A stretch of DNA of 63,579 nucleotides, counting the filler. It is 4 parts of 4 records of this genome, joined end to end, with 100 filler letters (N's around TTAATTAATTAA, not from the genome) between each part and the next. Parts side by side here need not be neighbours in the genome. Positions count along the whole stretch, not along the records: positions 1 to 20,255 come from SRR2962707_2257; 3 more parts are not named here. One strand, 5' to 3'. The translations under genes were made by a program, and so were the position numbers. Of this stretch, positions 1 to 9,757 are shown in pieces; the first letter of the stretch is position 1; each line of letters opens with the position of its first letter. The notes beneath the pieces were generated by a model. That model had not been told where the DNA came from. It did not search any database and saw only the letters and a program-made list of their open reading frames with translations.

Positions 1-348
1 GCGCGCATAGACCGGATCAAGCGCATGCTCAGCATCCACAAATGCGCAAATGCCGCCATCTTTTTGCGCTTCTGCAATTGTGTGCAGCGCCAAAGTGGTT
101 TTACCAGAGCTTTCAGGCCCATAAATCTCAACAATACGTCCCTTAGGAAGGCCGCCCACACCCAACGCAATATCCAACGATATTGAACCGGTGGAAATTG
201 TTTCAATTTCTACGATTTTCTCATTGGCACCCAAGCGCATGATTGAGCCTTTGCCAAATGAGCGCTCGATCTGCGCCAATGCGGCGTCCAAAGCTTTTGA
301 TTTGTCCACTGACTTTCCCTCAACTAAACGCAAGCTGTTCTGGGCCAT
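1..348 (-). CDS. recA: Recombinase RecA, 5' part (runs off the window start)
   Basis: Hand translation from ATG at 348 gives [40 protein letters not shown], followed by the Walker A motif GPESSGKTT. Not in the ORF track because no stop is present. Confidence 0.97.
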   Translation of the reverse strand, partial: MAQNSLRLVEGKSVDKSKALDAALAQIERSFGKGSIMRLGANEKIVEIETISTGSISLDIALGVGGLPKGRIVEIYGPESSGKTTLALHTIAEAQKDGGICAFVDAEHALDPVYAR

Positions 349-407
349 ATTATCCACCTTTTTGATAGCGCACGCCACCCGTGCAATTTACTCATCCTGC
401 GTTTAAT

Positions 408-422
408 GTACCGCATTTGTTC
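408..422 (-). promoter_or_regulatory. Alphaproteobacterial LexA (SOS) box GAAC-N7-GTAC upstream of recA
   Basis: Plus strand reads GTAC-cgcattt-GTTC, 60 nt upstream of the recA start; matches the Rhizobiales recA SOS box pattern. Confidence 0.8.
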
Positions 423-554
423 TCATTTAGCAACATCGATATATCATTGAAAAATATGGATAATTGGAATTTGTTCTTCTTATGTATCTAAATTGGAACA
501 AAACTGAACGGACATTTTTGTCGTTTTCAGCGCGGTTGATAGTTTAGAATCACC

Positions 555-1541
555 TTGCGGTTTAAAGCTTCTGATCTTAGTCAGTCCCTACCCCCTAATT
601 GGAGCAATCATTTGACGGATCTATTGGCCATTGGTGGTGCGCATATTGACCGGACAGCGCGGCTGGTCGGCCCGCATATTGCTGGTGCGTCCAACCCTGC
701 CCGTTTTACATCTTTTGTCGGCGGCGGCGCGTTTAATGGCGCGCGCGTCGCTAAGCTGCGCGGCGTTAAAAACGTCGCAATGATGTCCGTGCGCGGCGGT
801 GATGCGGGCGGCGCAGATGTGGAAGCGGCGCTCGAAAAATCAGGCATTTACGATTTTAGCGGCACCTTTATGGACCGAGCAACGCCCAGCTACACAGCGA
901 TTCTTGATGTTGATGGTGAACTTGTTACAGCGCTGGCAGATATGGACCTTTATGAAATGGGCTTTGCGCGCCAGGTGCGCCGCTTGGAAGGGCGCGAGCA
1001 CATTCACAGCGCCAAGGCACTGCTGATTGATGCAAATATGCCGGAAAGTGCTATCAGCCGTGTGGCTGAAGAAGCGACAGCGCCCATTTTTGCCATCGCG
1101 ATATCGCCTGCCAAAGTGGTACGTCTTAGTGCCATTGCCTCGCGCATAGACATCATCTTCATGAACCGGCGCGAAGTCTTTGCGCTCACTGTTGAAAATG
1201 ATATTTCTAAGGCCGCGCCAGCGCTCTCAGCGCTTGGATTTTCCCGCGCGGTTATTTCGAATGGTGCAAGCTCTGTCTTGGTATTTGAGGACGGTCAAAT
1301 CACTGAGATTAACGTCCCCGCTTCCGACACTGTTATCGATGTCACTGGCGCTGGCGATGCTTTAGCCGGTGGCACAATCGCTGCTTTGTTGAGCGCCCCT
1401 TCCCGCACCTTGGTAAAATCTGTGCTCGAAGGCGTTGCCTGCGCGCGCTTGGCCTTGCAGGTGGCGGGCCCTCTATGCGAAGGCCACGATATGGACAAAT
1501 TTAGCGCCGCATTAGACGTGGTTATCGCTGCACAAAATTAA
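555..1541 (+). CDS. PfkB-family carbohydrate kinase, probable pseudouridine kinase (true start probably TTG near 612)
   Basis: GGGAFN N-terminal motif and DVTGAGDALAGG PfkB signature; directly upstream of psuG. Confidence 0.8.
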   Translation: MRFKASDLSQSLPPNWSNHLTDLLAIGGAHIDRTARLVGPHIAGASNPARFTSFVGGGAFNGARVAKLRGVKNVAMMSVRGGDAGGADVEAALEKSGIYDFSGTFMDRATPSYTAILDVDGELVTALADMDLYEMGFARQVRRLEGREHIHSAKALLIDANMPESAISRVAEEATAPIFAIAISPAKVVRLSAIASRIDIIFMNRREVFALTVENDISKAAPALSALGFSRAVISNGASSVLVFEDGQITEINVPASDTVIDVTGAGDALAGGTIAALLSAPSRTLVKSVLEGVACARLALQVAGPLCEGHDMDKFSAALDVVIAAQN

Positions 1542-1542
1542 A

Positions 1543-2472
1543 ATGGAAATGTTGATGGATATTCAATTCACACCCGAAATTGCTCAAGCGCTACAAGATA
1601 AAGCGCCAATTGTTGCGCTCGAATCAACGATCATCACCCATGGCATGCCTTTTCCCGACAATATGGCGATGCAGAATGCGGTAGAAGCCGTTATCCGCGC
1701 TAATGGCGCTATTCCCGCCACGATCGCCGTCATTAAAGGCAAATTGCATATCGGCCTTGATGAGGCACAAGCAACGGCGCTTGCCCAAACAAAAGACGCG
1801 CTCAAATTATCACGCGCCGACATGGCTTTTGCGATGACGCGCGGACTTACCGGCGGCACCACCGTTGCAGCCACCATGATGGGCGCTGCGGCCGCGGGCA
1901 TTGCGGTTTTTGCCACTGGCGGCATTGGCGGCGTTCATAAGGGCGCAGAAACCAGTTTTGATATCTCTGCCGATCTTGATGAATTATCGCGCACGCCGGT
2001 GACTGTTGTGAGCGCCGGCGCGAAGGCTATTCTTGATATTCCCAAAACAATGGAAGCGCTGGAAACCCGCGGCGTGCCTGTTATCGCCTTTGGCCAAGAC
2101 ATGCTGCCAGCCTTCTGGTCACGCTCTAGCGGCATGAAAGCGCCGCTGCGCATGGATTCGGCTGCTGAAATCGCTGACTTTATGGCTGTTCGGGCTAAGC
2201 AAGTGGCGTTTGGCCATGGTGGTATACTAATTACCAACCCAGTGCCTGTAGCCGATGAGATTGCGACCGATGAAATGGCTGGTTACATTGCCCAAGCGCA
2301 AAGCGAAGCTGCCGCGCAAGGCGTCAGTGGAAAAGCCGTAACCCCTTGGCTTTTAAGTCGAATTCTTGAAATCACTGATGGAAAAAGCTTGAAAACCAAC
2401 ATCGCATTGGTGAAACATAACGCCGAACTTGCGGCTAAAATTTCGGTTTCATATGCTGAAAAACAAGCCTGA
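1543..2472 (+). CDS. psuG: Pseudouridine-5'-phosphate glycosidase
   Basis: PIVALESTIITHGMPFP, TTVAATM, ATGGIGGVH and DISADL motifs. Confidence 0.95.
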   Translation: MEMLMDIQFTPEIAQALQDKAPIVALESTIITHGMPFPDNMAMQNAVEAVIRANGAIPATIAVIKGKLHIGLDEAQATALAQTKDALKLSRADMAFAMTRGLTGGTTVAATMMGAAAAGIAVFATGGIGGVHKGAETSFDISADLDELSRTPVTVVSAGAKAILDIPKTMEALETRGVPVIAFGQDMLPAFWSRSSGMKAPLRMDSAAEIADFMAVRAKQVAFGHGGILITNPVPVADEIATDEMAGYIAQAQSEAAAQGVSGKAVTPWLLSRILEITDGKSLKTNIALVKHNAELAAKISVSYAEKQA

Positions 2473-2726
2473 TTTTGCCACATCAGGCCTTGTATTTTTT
2501 AAATCATGGCCTGCCCCGTGCGGAATTATTTCAAACTTTGCTGTAATTTCTTGCATTTGACATATTTTACCACTAGGTTTGTCGCATCGAAATTGACGGA
2601 CTATTGAATTGCTTCGCCCAGACTAACGGTCGCGCAGGTTTAAGACTTCTTCTAAATTCGACTAACCGGAGAAGTTAAATAGTTAGCAACTCCACGCGCA
2701 GACTACAGTGAGAAGGAATTCACATC

Positions 2727-2936
2727 ATGGCTACAGGTACAGTTAAATTTTACAACGACCAAAAAGGTTACGGCTTCATCGCTCCTGACGATGGTTCAAA
2801 AGACGTATTCGTTCATGCAACAGCTCTAGAACGTGCTGGCATCAACGGCCTTTCAGAAGGTCAAAAAGTCAACTTCGAAACAGATGTTGACCAGCGTTCA
2901 GGCAAAACAGCGGTTTCTACAATCTCTGCTGGCTAA
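2727..2936 (+). CDS. Cold-shock protein (CspA family)
   Basis: [15 protein letters not shown] (RNP1) and DVFVH (RNP2); AAGGA ribosome-binding site. Confidence 0.97.
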   Translation: MATGTVKFYNDQKGYGFIAPDDGSKDVFVHATALERAGINGLSEGQKVNFETDVDQRSGKTAVSTISAG

Positions 2937-2970
2937 TATGATTTAGCAGCCTTGCTGCTTTAGAATATTG

Positions 2971-3005
2971 AAAACCGTCATATCGCAAGATATGGCGGTT
3001 TTTTT
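2971..3005 (+). terminator. Rho-independent terminator after csp
   Basis: ACCGTCATATC-GCAA-GATATGGCGGT hairpin followed by a T run. Confidence 0.85.
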
Positions 3006-3093
3006 ATGTGTATCACTAAAGGCTGTTCATTGGTTTAAGTAAATTTATTGTCTATTCTTAATAAATTCAAACTCATGTCAATCTGGCTAAACC

Positions 3094-4302
3094 ATGATCA
3101 CTCTATCCAAATTCAAGCGCGAAGAAAACGAAACAGGCATTCGCCTTAGCTGTTCTGCCTATATCGATGGCAACAGTGAATTGGTTTATTTTGACATTGA
3201 AGGACCAGAGGAAAAGCTTAGGCAAATCACACCCGATCCATCATCATTCTTGATCGGTATGCTGATTGCGGGAATGGAGCGCGGCGAAGATATCCACGTT
3301 GACGGCAATGTACCTGGCACTTTCTTGCACCATATAAACGCATTCCTTGTGCCGTTTTTAATTGCCTGTTGGCCTTCGCGCCACCACATCAAAGTCACGG
3401 CGGCAGCTGAAAACGAATGGCCTAACAAAGCCAAGGGTGCTGGGGCTATGACAGGTCTCAGCTGCGGCGTTGATTCAATGTATACGCTTCTGGAATATAC
3501 AAACAAAAATCTTCCCGCAGCCTATAGGCTCAAATCATTTGCTGTTTTCGATGTTGGTGCATTTGGTGAAAAAGTAAGTGAAATTTCTAAAGCGCGCCGT
3601 ACACAAGTCGAAAACAATGCTCGCGCTATTGTCGATCAATTAGGCAGTGATTTTTACAAGATTAGAAGCAATATTAGAAGCTGGCATAAATGCGCTTTTC
3701 CAAAATCAGTTACCGTTGTGAATTGTGCTTGCGCGCTGACATTAGCAGATGTGTGTGACAGTTACCTGCCCGCATCGGCCTCAGCTTATGCAACTTTTAG
3801 TATGCTAGATCAAAAAACCGATGGCATTGATAACGCCGACGCGATATTGTTGCCGCTTATCAGTAGCAATCGATTAGAAATTTTTTCATCTGGAGCTGGA
3901 ACAGATCGCTTTCAAAAAACGATAAATCTCCTCGATCACTCACCTTACCTCAATAAATTGACACCTTGCGTGCGCATAAATCCGCTCGTTGGCGGTGGTA
4001 AAAATTGTGGCACCTGTGCAAAGTGCGGGCAACTACTTCTAATTGCTGAGGCGGAAGGTAAATTAGACACATTTGAGAAAAACTTCGACATCACCGCTTA
4101 CCAACGGCGCAAATGGCGTGTCTGTCAGCGCATTACAACAATGGCTTGGGCAAAAAAATTCCCAACAACAAACAGCGAAGCCATTGAATTTGTTCGTAAA
4201 AGAGGCGTCAAATTTCCAACATCTGCGCTATTTGCCTCCTTTGTCCTGAGTCGCCTTCATCGCATCGCGCCCAATATCTTTAAGGTTGCGCAAAGTAACT
4301 AG
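3094..4302 (+). CDS. PP-loop-like (QueC/MurL-like adenine-nucleotide alpha hydrolase fold) Zn-binding protein, paralog 1
   Basis: GLSCGVDS (SGGxDS-like) motif and C...NCGTCAKC cluster; clearly homologous to the next two ORFs. Confidence 0.6.
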   Translation: MITLSKFKREENETGIRLSCSAYIDGNSELVYFDIEGPEEKLRQITPDPSSFLIGMLIAGMERGEDIHVDGNVPGTFLHHINAFLVPFLIACWPSRHHIKVTAAAENEWPNKAKGAGAMTGLSCGVDSMYTLLEYTNKNLPAAYRLKSFAVFDVGAFGEKVSEISKARRTQVENNARAIVDQLGSDFYKIRSNIRSWHKCAFPKSVTVVNCACALTLADVCDSYLPASASAYATFSMLDQKTDGIDNADAILLPLISSNRLEIFSSGAGTDRFQKTINLLDHSPYLNKLTPCVRINPLVGGGKNCGTCAKCGQLLLIAEAEGKLDTFEKNFDITAYQRRKWRVCQRITTMAWAKKFPTTNSEAIEFVRKRGVKFPTSALFASFVLSRLHRIAPNIFKVAQSN

Positions 4303-4386
4303 AGTTCGTTTTGAATTGGCACTTGTACTTCATCATTACGAAACTCGCATATAGCTGAAAATTTCAAAGTCACACTTGGGACCATC

Positions 4387-5583
4387 ATGATCAACCTTAG
4401 CGAGTTTAAACGCCAGCCGAATGCATCAGGCATTCGCCTAAGCTGTAACGCTTACATTGATGATGCGAATGAACTGGTCTACTTCGACATAGAAGGTCCG
4501 CAGGAAAAATTAGCGCAAATCACGCCCGATCCATCCTCATTCTTAATCGGGATGCTCATAGCGGCAATGGAACGCGGCGAAGATTTGCATATTGAAGGCA
4601 ATCTTCCTGAAACTTTTCTGCATCATGTGAACACTTTTCTCGTGCCATTTCTCATTGCTTGCAAGCCGAATCGTCACCGCATCTATGTCACCGCTAAGAC
4701 AATTACCGATTGGCCTAGCAAGGCCAAGGATTTAGGCGCAATGACGGGCCTGAGCTGCGGCGTCGATTCAATGTATACAGTCATGGAATATGCAAAGGAT
4801 GATCTACCTCCCGCCTATAAACTAAAGTCAATTGCGGTATTTGACGTTGGTGCTTTTGGTGCGAACATAGATAAAGTCTACCTTGGTCGCCGCGCGCAAA
4901 CAGAACAGCGGGCGCGGGAAATTATGCGCGATATTGGTTGTGACTACTATATGGTGAAAAGCAATCTCGAGCAGTGGCAACAGGTTCCGTTTCACTCGAT
5001 TGTTAGTATTTTAAATTGCGCCTGTGCGCTTTCACTGGCGGATATATGCGCGACATATATGCCTGCGTCATCGGCGCCCTATGCCGATGTTAATGTTGCT
5101 GGGCAGCGCAGTAAAAGAGCAGGCATCGATAATGTTGATCCAATATTATTGCCGCTCATTAGCAGCTGCAGGCTCGAAATCTTCTCTTCAGGCGGCGGAA
5201 CGGATCGATTTAGAAAAACTTTGGCGCTGATAGATCGCTCTCCTTATCTCGATAAAATCACAACATGCACGCGGATCAACCCATTCGTGGATGGTGGAAA
5301 GAACTGTGGAACCTGCACCAAATGCGGCCAATTGTTACTTATCGCAGAAGCGAAGAAAGTCCTTGATAAATTTAGCGGTAATTTTGATCTTGCAGCCTAT
5401 CACCGGCGAAAATGGCGTGCTTGCCAACGCATTACGACCAATACTTGGGGCAGTGATAATGCTGCCACAGAGCACGACATCATCAAATTTGTGCGTGAAA
5501 ATGGCGTAAAATTTCCAATGTCGGCACTGATCGTCTCCTACATTCTTAGCCGACTACACCGCATTGCACCCAAATACTTCTAA
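4387..5583 (+). CDS. PP-loop-like Zn-binding protein, paralog 2
   Basis: GLSCGVDS and NCGTCTKC; collinear with paralogs 1 and 3. Confidence 0.6.
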   Translation: MINLSEFKRQPNASGIRLSCNAYIDDANELVYFDIEGPQEKLAQITPDPSSFLIGMLIAAMERGEDLHIEGNLPETFLHHVNTFLVPFLIACKPNRHRIYVTAKTITDWPSKAKDLGAMTGLSCGVDSMYTVMEYAKDDLPPAYKLKSIAVFDVGAFGANIDKVYLGRRAQTEQRAREIMRDIGCDYYMVKSNLEQWQQVPFHSIVSILNCACALSLADICATYMPASSAPYADVNVAGQRSKRAGIDNVDPILLPLISSCRLEIFSSGGGTDRFRKTLALIDRSPYLDKITTCTRINPFVDGGKNCGTCTKCGQLLLIAEAKKVLDKFSGNFDLAAYHRRKWRACQRITTNTWGSDNAATEHDIIKFVRENGVKFPMSALIVSYILSRLHRIAPKYF

Positions 5584-5729
5584 AGTTAGAGACTTGTAGT
5601 TAGCACCAGCAACGGTTCTAACTTTACGAAGAATATTGTTTTTCGCACTCGCGAAAATGATGAGTAGTGATTTGTGATAATTTATATTAAGATTTTTTAG
5701 AAATTTTCTTAGGCGCGTTTGACTGTAGC

Positions 5730-6932
5730 ATGATCACACTCACAAATTTCAAATGTAGCGCTTTAGATTCAGGCGTTCGCCTTAGCTGCGAGACCACAAT
5801 TTCTGGCAAAAATGAACTGATTTTTTTTGACATTGATGGGCCTGAGGAAAAGCTTCGGCAAATCACGCCCGACCCCTCGCCGTTTTTAATCGGTATGCTA
5901 ATCGCAGCAATGGAACGCGGCGAAGACCTCCACATTGACGGCAATATCCCCGCCACTTTTTTACACCATGTGAACGCGTTTCTCGTACCGTTTCTCATTG
6001 CCTGCTGGCCTGCACGCCGCCACATCAAAGTCACGGCCTCTGCAGATGAAGAATGGCCCAGCAAGCCAAAAGAAGGCCTCGGTGCCATGACCGGGCTTAG
6101 TTGCGGCGTTGATTCCCTTTATACGCTCATGGAGTATACCGGCAAAGATGTACCCGCTGCCTATAGATTGAAATCATTTGCTGTTTTTGATGTTGGTGCG
6201 TTTAACGAAATCAACGATGAACTTTCGGCGGCGCGCTTTCAACAAACCAAAGAGCGAGCCGCGGTCATAGTCAACGATATTGGTTGTGACCTTTACACCG
6301 TTAAAAGTAATTTGAGGCAGTGGCAAAGTGATCCATTTAGGAGGGTCGCGACTATGGTGAATTGTGCTTGCGCCCTTGCGCTAGCTGATATTTGCGAAAC
6401 CTATCTTCCTGCGTCCTCCGAGACATATGAGGATATAAAGGTCTCAGATCAGCTTGGTAGAAGAAGACGAAGCATCGATAATCTAGATCCAATTTTGCTG
6501 CCTCTTATCAGTAATAGTCGATTGGAGATATTTTCGTCCGGTGGTGGCACCAACAGATTTCGCAAAACGCTCGCCCTGCTCGACCGCTCAGCCTATCTTG
6601 ATAAACTGACAACATGTACGCGGATCAATCCATTTGTTAACGGTGGCAAAAATTGTGGAACCTGCGGCAAATGCGGTCAGTTTTTGCTGATTGCAGAGGC
6701 AAAAAATGCACTCGATCAATTTAGCGGCAATTTCGATCTTGGGGCCTATCATCGACGCAAATGGCGCATCTGTCAGCGTCTCATCTCAAGATGTTGGGAA
6801 AGCGACAACCAAGCAATAGTCAGAGAAGCGGTCAAATTCGCGCAGGAAAATGGCGTAAAAATTCCGATTTTCGCCTATATCGCTTCTTATTGCGTATGCT
6901 TTATGCACCGCATTGCACCCAAATATTTCTAA
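5730..6932 (+). CDS. PP-loop-like Zn-binding protein, paralog 3
   Basis: GLSCGVDS and NCGTCGKC; shares the HRIAPKYF C-terminus with paralog 2. Confidence 0.6.
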   Translation: MITLTNFKCSALDSGVRLSCETTISGKNELIFFDIDGPEEKLRQITPDPSPFLIGMLIAAMERGEDLHIDGNIPATFLHHVNAFLVPFLIACWPARRHIKVTASADEEWPSKPKEGLGAMTGLSCGVDSLYTLMEYTGKDVPAAYRLKSFAVFDVGAFNEINDELSAARFQQTKERAAVIVNDIGCDLYTVKSNLRQWQSDPFRRVATMVNCACALALADICETYLPASSETYEDIKVSDQLGRRRRSIDNLDPILLPLISNSRLEIFSSGGGTNRFRKTLALLDRSAYLDKLTTCTRINPFVNGGKNCGTCGKCGQFLLIAEAKNALDQFSGNFDLGAYHRRKWRICQRLISRCWESDNQAIVREAVKFAQENGVKIPIFAYIASYCVCFMHRIAPKYF

Positions 6933-7005
6933 GGCCGCTTCCCCAAACATTTGCAGGCGCTGAATTTCTCCAGCGCCTGCAAGTCATTTGATCTTAGACA
7001 AAGCC

Positions 7006-8607
7006 TTATTCAGCGGCTTCAAACTGGTTCATGGTATTGTGTGAACCACCGGCTTTGAGCGCTGCTTCACCGGCAAAATATTCTTTATGGTCATCGCCCA
7101 TATCCGAGCCTGCCATGTTCTGGTGCTTGACGCAGGCGATGCCCTGACGGATCTCTTTGCGTTGAACCCCTTCAACATAACCAAGCATGCCCTGATCGCC
7201 GAAGTATTCTTTTGCGAGATTGTCCGTAGACAAGGCAGCCGTGTGATAGGTCGGCAATGTGATTAGATGATGGAAGATGCCCGCATCACGCGCCGCATCG
7301 CGCTGGAATGTGCGAATGCGCTCGTCAGCTTCTTTACCAAGTTCCGTTTTATCATAGTCAACACTCATCAAGCGATCACGCTGATAGTCTGTTACGTCCT
7401 TGCCTTCATCCAACCAAGTGTCGAAAACCTGCTGGCGGAAGTTCAGCGTCCAGTTAAAGCTAGGTGAATTGTTATAAACCAATTTTGCATTCGGCATAAC
7501 TTCACGAATGCGGTTCACCATGCCGCCAATCTGGCCAATATGTGGTTTTTCAGTTTCAATCCAAAGCAGGTCTGCACCGTTTTGCAATGATGTGATGCAA
7601 TCGAGAACGCAGCGGTCTTCGCCTGTGCCAGCGCGGAATTGATAAAGGTTTGACGGAAGGCGCTTAGGTCGCAGTAATTTGCCATCGCGTTTGATCAAAA
7701 CGTCGCCATTGCCGAGTTCGTCTGTGGTGATTTCTTCGCAATCCAAGAATGAATTATAAAGATCGCCAATATCGCCCGGCTCTTTAGAAACCGCGATTTG
7801 TTTTGTCAGGCCTGCGCCCAGCGAATCTGTGCGCGTAACGATGATGCCGTCTTCAACACCCAGTTCCATAAAGGCATAACGACACGCGCGGATTTTCGCT
7901 AAGAAGTCCTCGTGCGGAACCGTAACTTTGCCGTCTTGGTGGCCACATTGTTTCTCATCAGAAACCTGATTTTCGATCTGCAAGGCACAGGCGCCCGCTT
8001 CAATCATTTTCTTGGCCAAAAGATAGGTTGCTTCAGCATTGCCGAAACCGGCATCAATATCGGCAATAATCGGAACAATATGCGTCTGGTGGGCATCGAT
8101 CTCTTTTTGAATGCTCGCTGCTTTTACATCATCGCCTGCTTCACGTGCCGCGTCTAAATCGCGGAACATACCGCCCAATTCGCGGGCATCGGCTTGGCGC
8201 AGGAATGTGTAAAGTTCTTCAATCAACGCTGGAACCGAAGTTTTCTCGTGCATGGATTGATCTGGCAGCGGGCCAAACTCTGAACGCAGCGCAGCAACCA
8301 TCCAACCAGAAAGATAAAGGTAGCGGCCCTTGGTCGTTCCGAAATGTTTTTTGATCGAAATCATTTTTTGCTGACCGATAAAGCCGTGCCAGCAGCCCAA
8401 TGACTGGGTGTAGTTTGCTGGATCGCGGTCATAGCCGGCCATGTCTTCGCGCATGATTTTTGCCGTATAACGGGCAATATCAAGGCCAGACTGGAATTTG
8501 TTCTGGGCACGCATACGCGCAACCGATTCCGCGTCAATACCGCTCCATGTCGGACCGTTTTTAGCAATGGTCGTTTGTGCCGCTTGAATTAGATCTGAAT
8601 AGCTCAT
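7006..8607 (-). CDS. aceA: Isocitrate lyase
   Basis: Catalytic loop EKQCGHQ, plus IIADIDAGFG and LWIETEKP; ATG at 8607 preceded by GGAGG. Confidence 0.97.
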   Translation of the reverse strand: MSYSDLIQAAQTTIAKNGPTWSGIDAESVARMRAQNKFQSGLDIARYTAKIMREDMAGYDRDPANYTQSLGCWHGFIGQQKMISIKKHFGTTKGRYLYLSGWMVAALRSEFGPLPDQSMHEKTSVPALIEELYTFLRQADARELGGMFRDLDAAREAGDDVKAASIQKEIDAHQTHIVPIIADIDAGFGNAEATYLLAKKMIEAGACALQIENQVSDEKQCGHQDGKVTVPHEDFLAKIRACRYAFMELGVEDGIIVTRTDSLGAGLTKQIAVSKEPGDIGDLYNSFLDCEEITTDELGNGDVLIKRDGKLLRPKRLPSNLYQFRAGTGEDRCVLDCITSLQNGADLLWIETEKPHIGQIGGMVNRIREVMPNAKLVYNNSPSFNWTLNFRQQVFDTWLDEGKDVTDYQRDRLMSVDYDKTELGKEADERIRTFQRDAARDAGIFHHLITLPTYHTAALSTDNLAKEYFGDQGMLGYVEGVQRKEIRQGIACVKHQNMAGSDMGDDHKEYFAGEAALKAGGSHNTMNQFEAAE

Positions 8608-8649
8608 TTTTTCCTCCACTTGAGTGCGCTTGGTGACGACACTCTAAAT

Positions 8650-8812
8650 TGTAAATTCTGTCACAGCGAACTTATTCGCCGTGTTCATGAAGCAATGTCT
8701 AATGAGTGCAGCGCAGCTAAAGCCAGAAAAATCGCAAAAAACAGCGCAAAAATGATGTAAAACCGTGACAGAAGATTGTGTGGTGCTTTGTCGGATTGTA
8801 AAAATTGTGACA
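8650..8812. promoter_or_regulatory. Three copies of TGTAAA-N3/4-GT(C/G)ACA upstream of aceA; putative operator sites
   Basis: TGTAAATTCTGTCACA (8650-8665), TGTAAAACCGTGACA (8756-8770), TGTAAAAATTGTGACA (8797-8812). Confidence 0.5.
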
Positions 8813-8860
8813 GGACATCTTTTCTTTCTGGTATGCGCAAGTCTCTTGTTACGCTATTAT

Positions 8861-9757
8861 ATGAATTCTATGCAGATTGTTGATTCTGAGGAATGGAAGA
8901 GTATGTTCGACTGGATAAAGCCCTCAGGTGACTCTGTTTTCAACGAATTTCTCAACCAGTTTTTCAAGTGTAAACGCGGTGCTTATTCGATTGTCACCAA
9001 GCGTGAAGTCCACGATCATCAAATTACTGTCACTGCTAATGAGAAAAGTATTTTCAAAGATTTTTTCAAAAACCACACCCGCGGACAGGTGGCGAAGGAT
9101 GGATCTGATGAAAAAACTTTCAAGCTCTTTCCTAATGGCGAGGAGATAAGATTAAACGTCAACTATCCTAAAGCCAAAGGAAATGAACTCCGGCTCTATA
9201 TTCGAGGCGGAACATTTCTTCCTGCTGCCGGGTCAGTCTGGTTCGTCTTCGAACGGCAGAGCGCAATTTGGATAGGCAGCTTAGATCAAATTTCCTTTGG
9301 TCGGGCCCTCGATGGACTTGTGTTTGGGCCCAGCAAGACTTTAGTTGATTTAACGGATGATGAGTTCACAGCGGCTATTTTAATGCCACCCGCACCGGGC
9401 AAAGAGCAATTAATAATTGAAAGAACCAAACGAAATCCTTCTACCGCAAGGGCTGTTTTAGCCAAGAACTCATCGTGCGAAATACTTCCTGAACTTCCCA
9501 CGTTTATTTCTAAGTCAACAGGAAAAGTCTTCCTTGAAGCGCATCATCTGGTGCCTATGAGTTTGCAACCAAGGTTCGAAGTCAGCCTCGATGTCGCCGA
9601 AAACATTTGCGCTTTGAATCCATATTCTCATAGAATGTTGCATCACGCGAGTATGGATGAGATAGAGCAACACTTAGAAACTTTGGCAAAAAATCATTCT
9701 GCCTTTCTCAAGCAACTTGGAATTGACGCCAATTATGTCAAAGAATGTTATGCCTAA
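8861..9757 (+). CDS. HNH endonuclease, putative restriction endonuclease (start likely 8861 or 8870)
   Basis: C-terminal LEAHHLVP...DVAENICALNPYSHRMLH McrA-like HNH motif; overlaps the start of a C5 methyltransferase. Confidence 0.75.
   Translation: MNSMQIVDSEEWKSMFDWIKPSGDSVFNEFLNQFFKCKRGAYSIVTKREVHDHQITVTANEKSIFKDFFKNHTRGQVAKDGSDEKTFKLFPNGEEIRLNVNYPKAKGNELRLYIRGGTFLPAAGSVWFVFERQSAIWIGSLDQISFGRALDGLVFGPSKTLVDLTDDEFTAAILMPPAPGKEQLIIERTKRNPSTARAVLAKNSSCEILPELPTFISKSTGKVFLEAHHLVPMSLQPRFEVSLDVAENICALNPYSHRMLHHASMDEIEQHLETLAKNHSAFLKQLGIDANYVKECYA

Noticed and set aside
191-406. 71-aa plus-strand ORF
   Set aside because: Antisense shadow of recA.
496-509. GAAC-N6-GAAC as a second LexA box
   Set aside because: Spacing is 6, not the required 7.
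3094-6932. Calling the triplet queC or a 7-deazaguanine (dpd/qat) system
   Set aside because: The proteins are much longer than QueC and no queD, queE, folE, TGT or qat partners are present; only fold-level resemblance is supportable.
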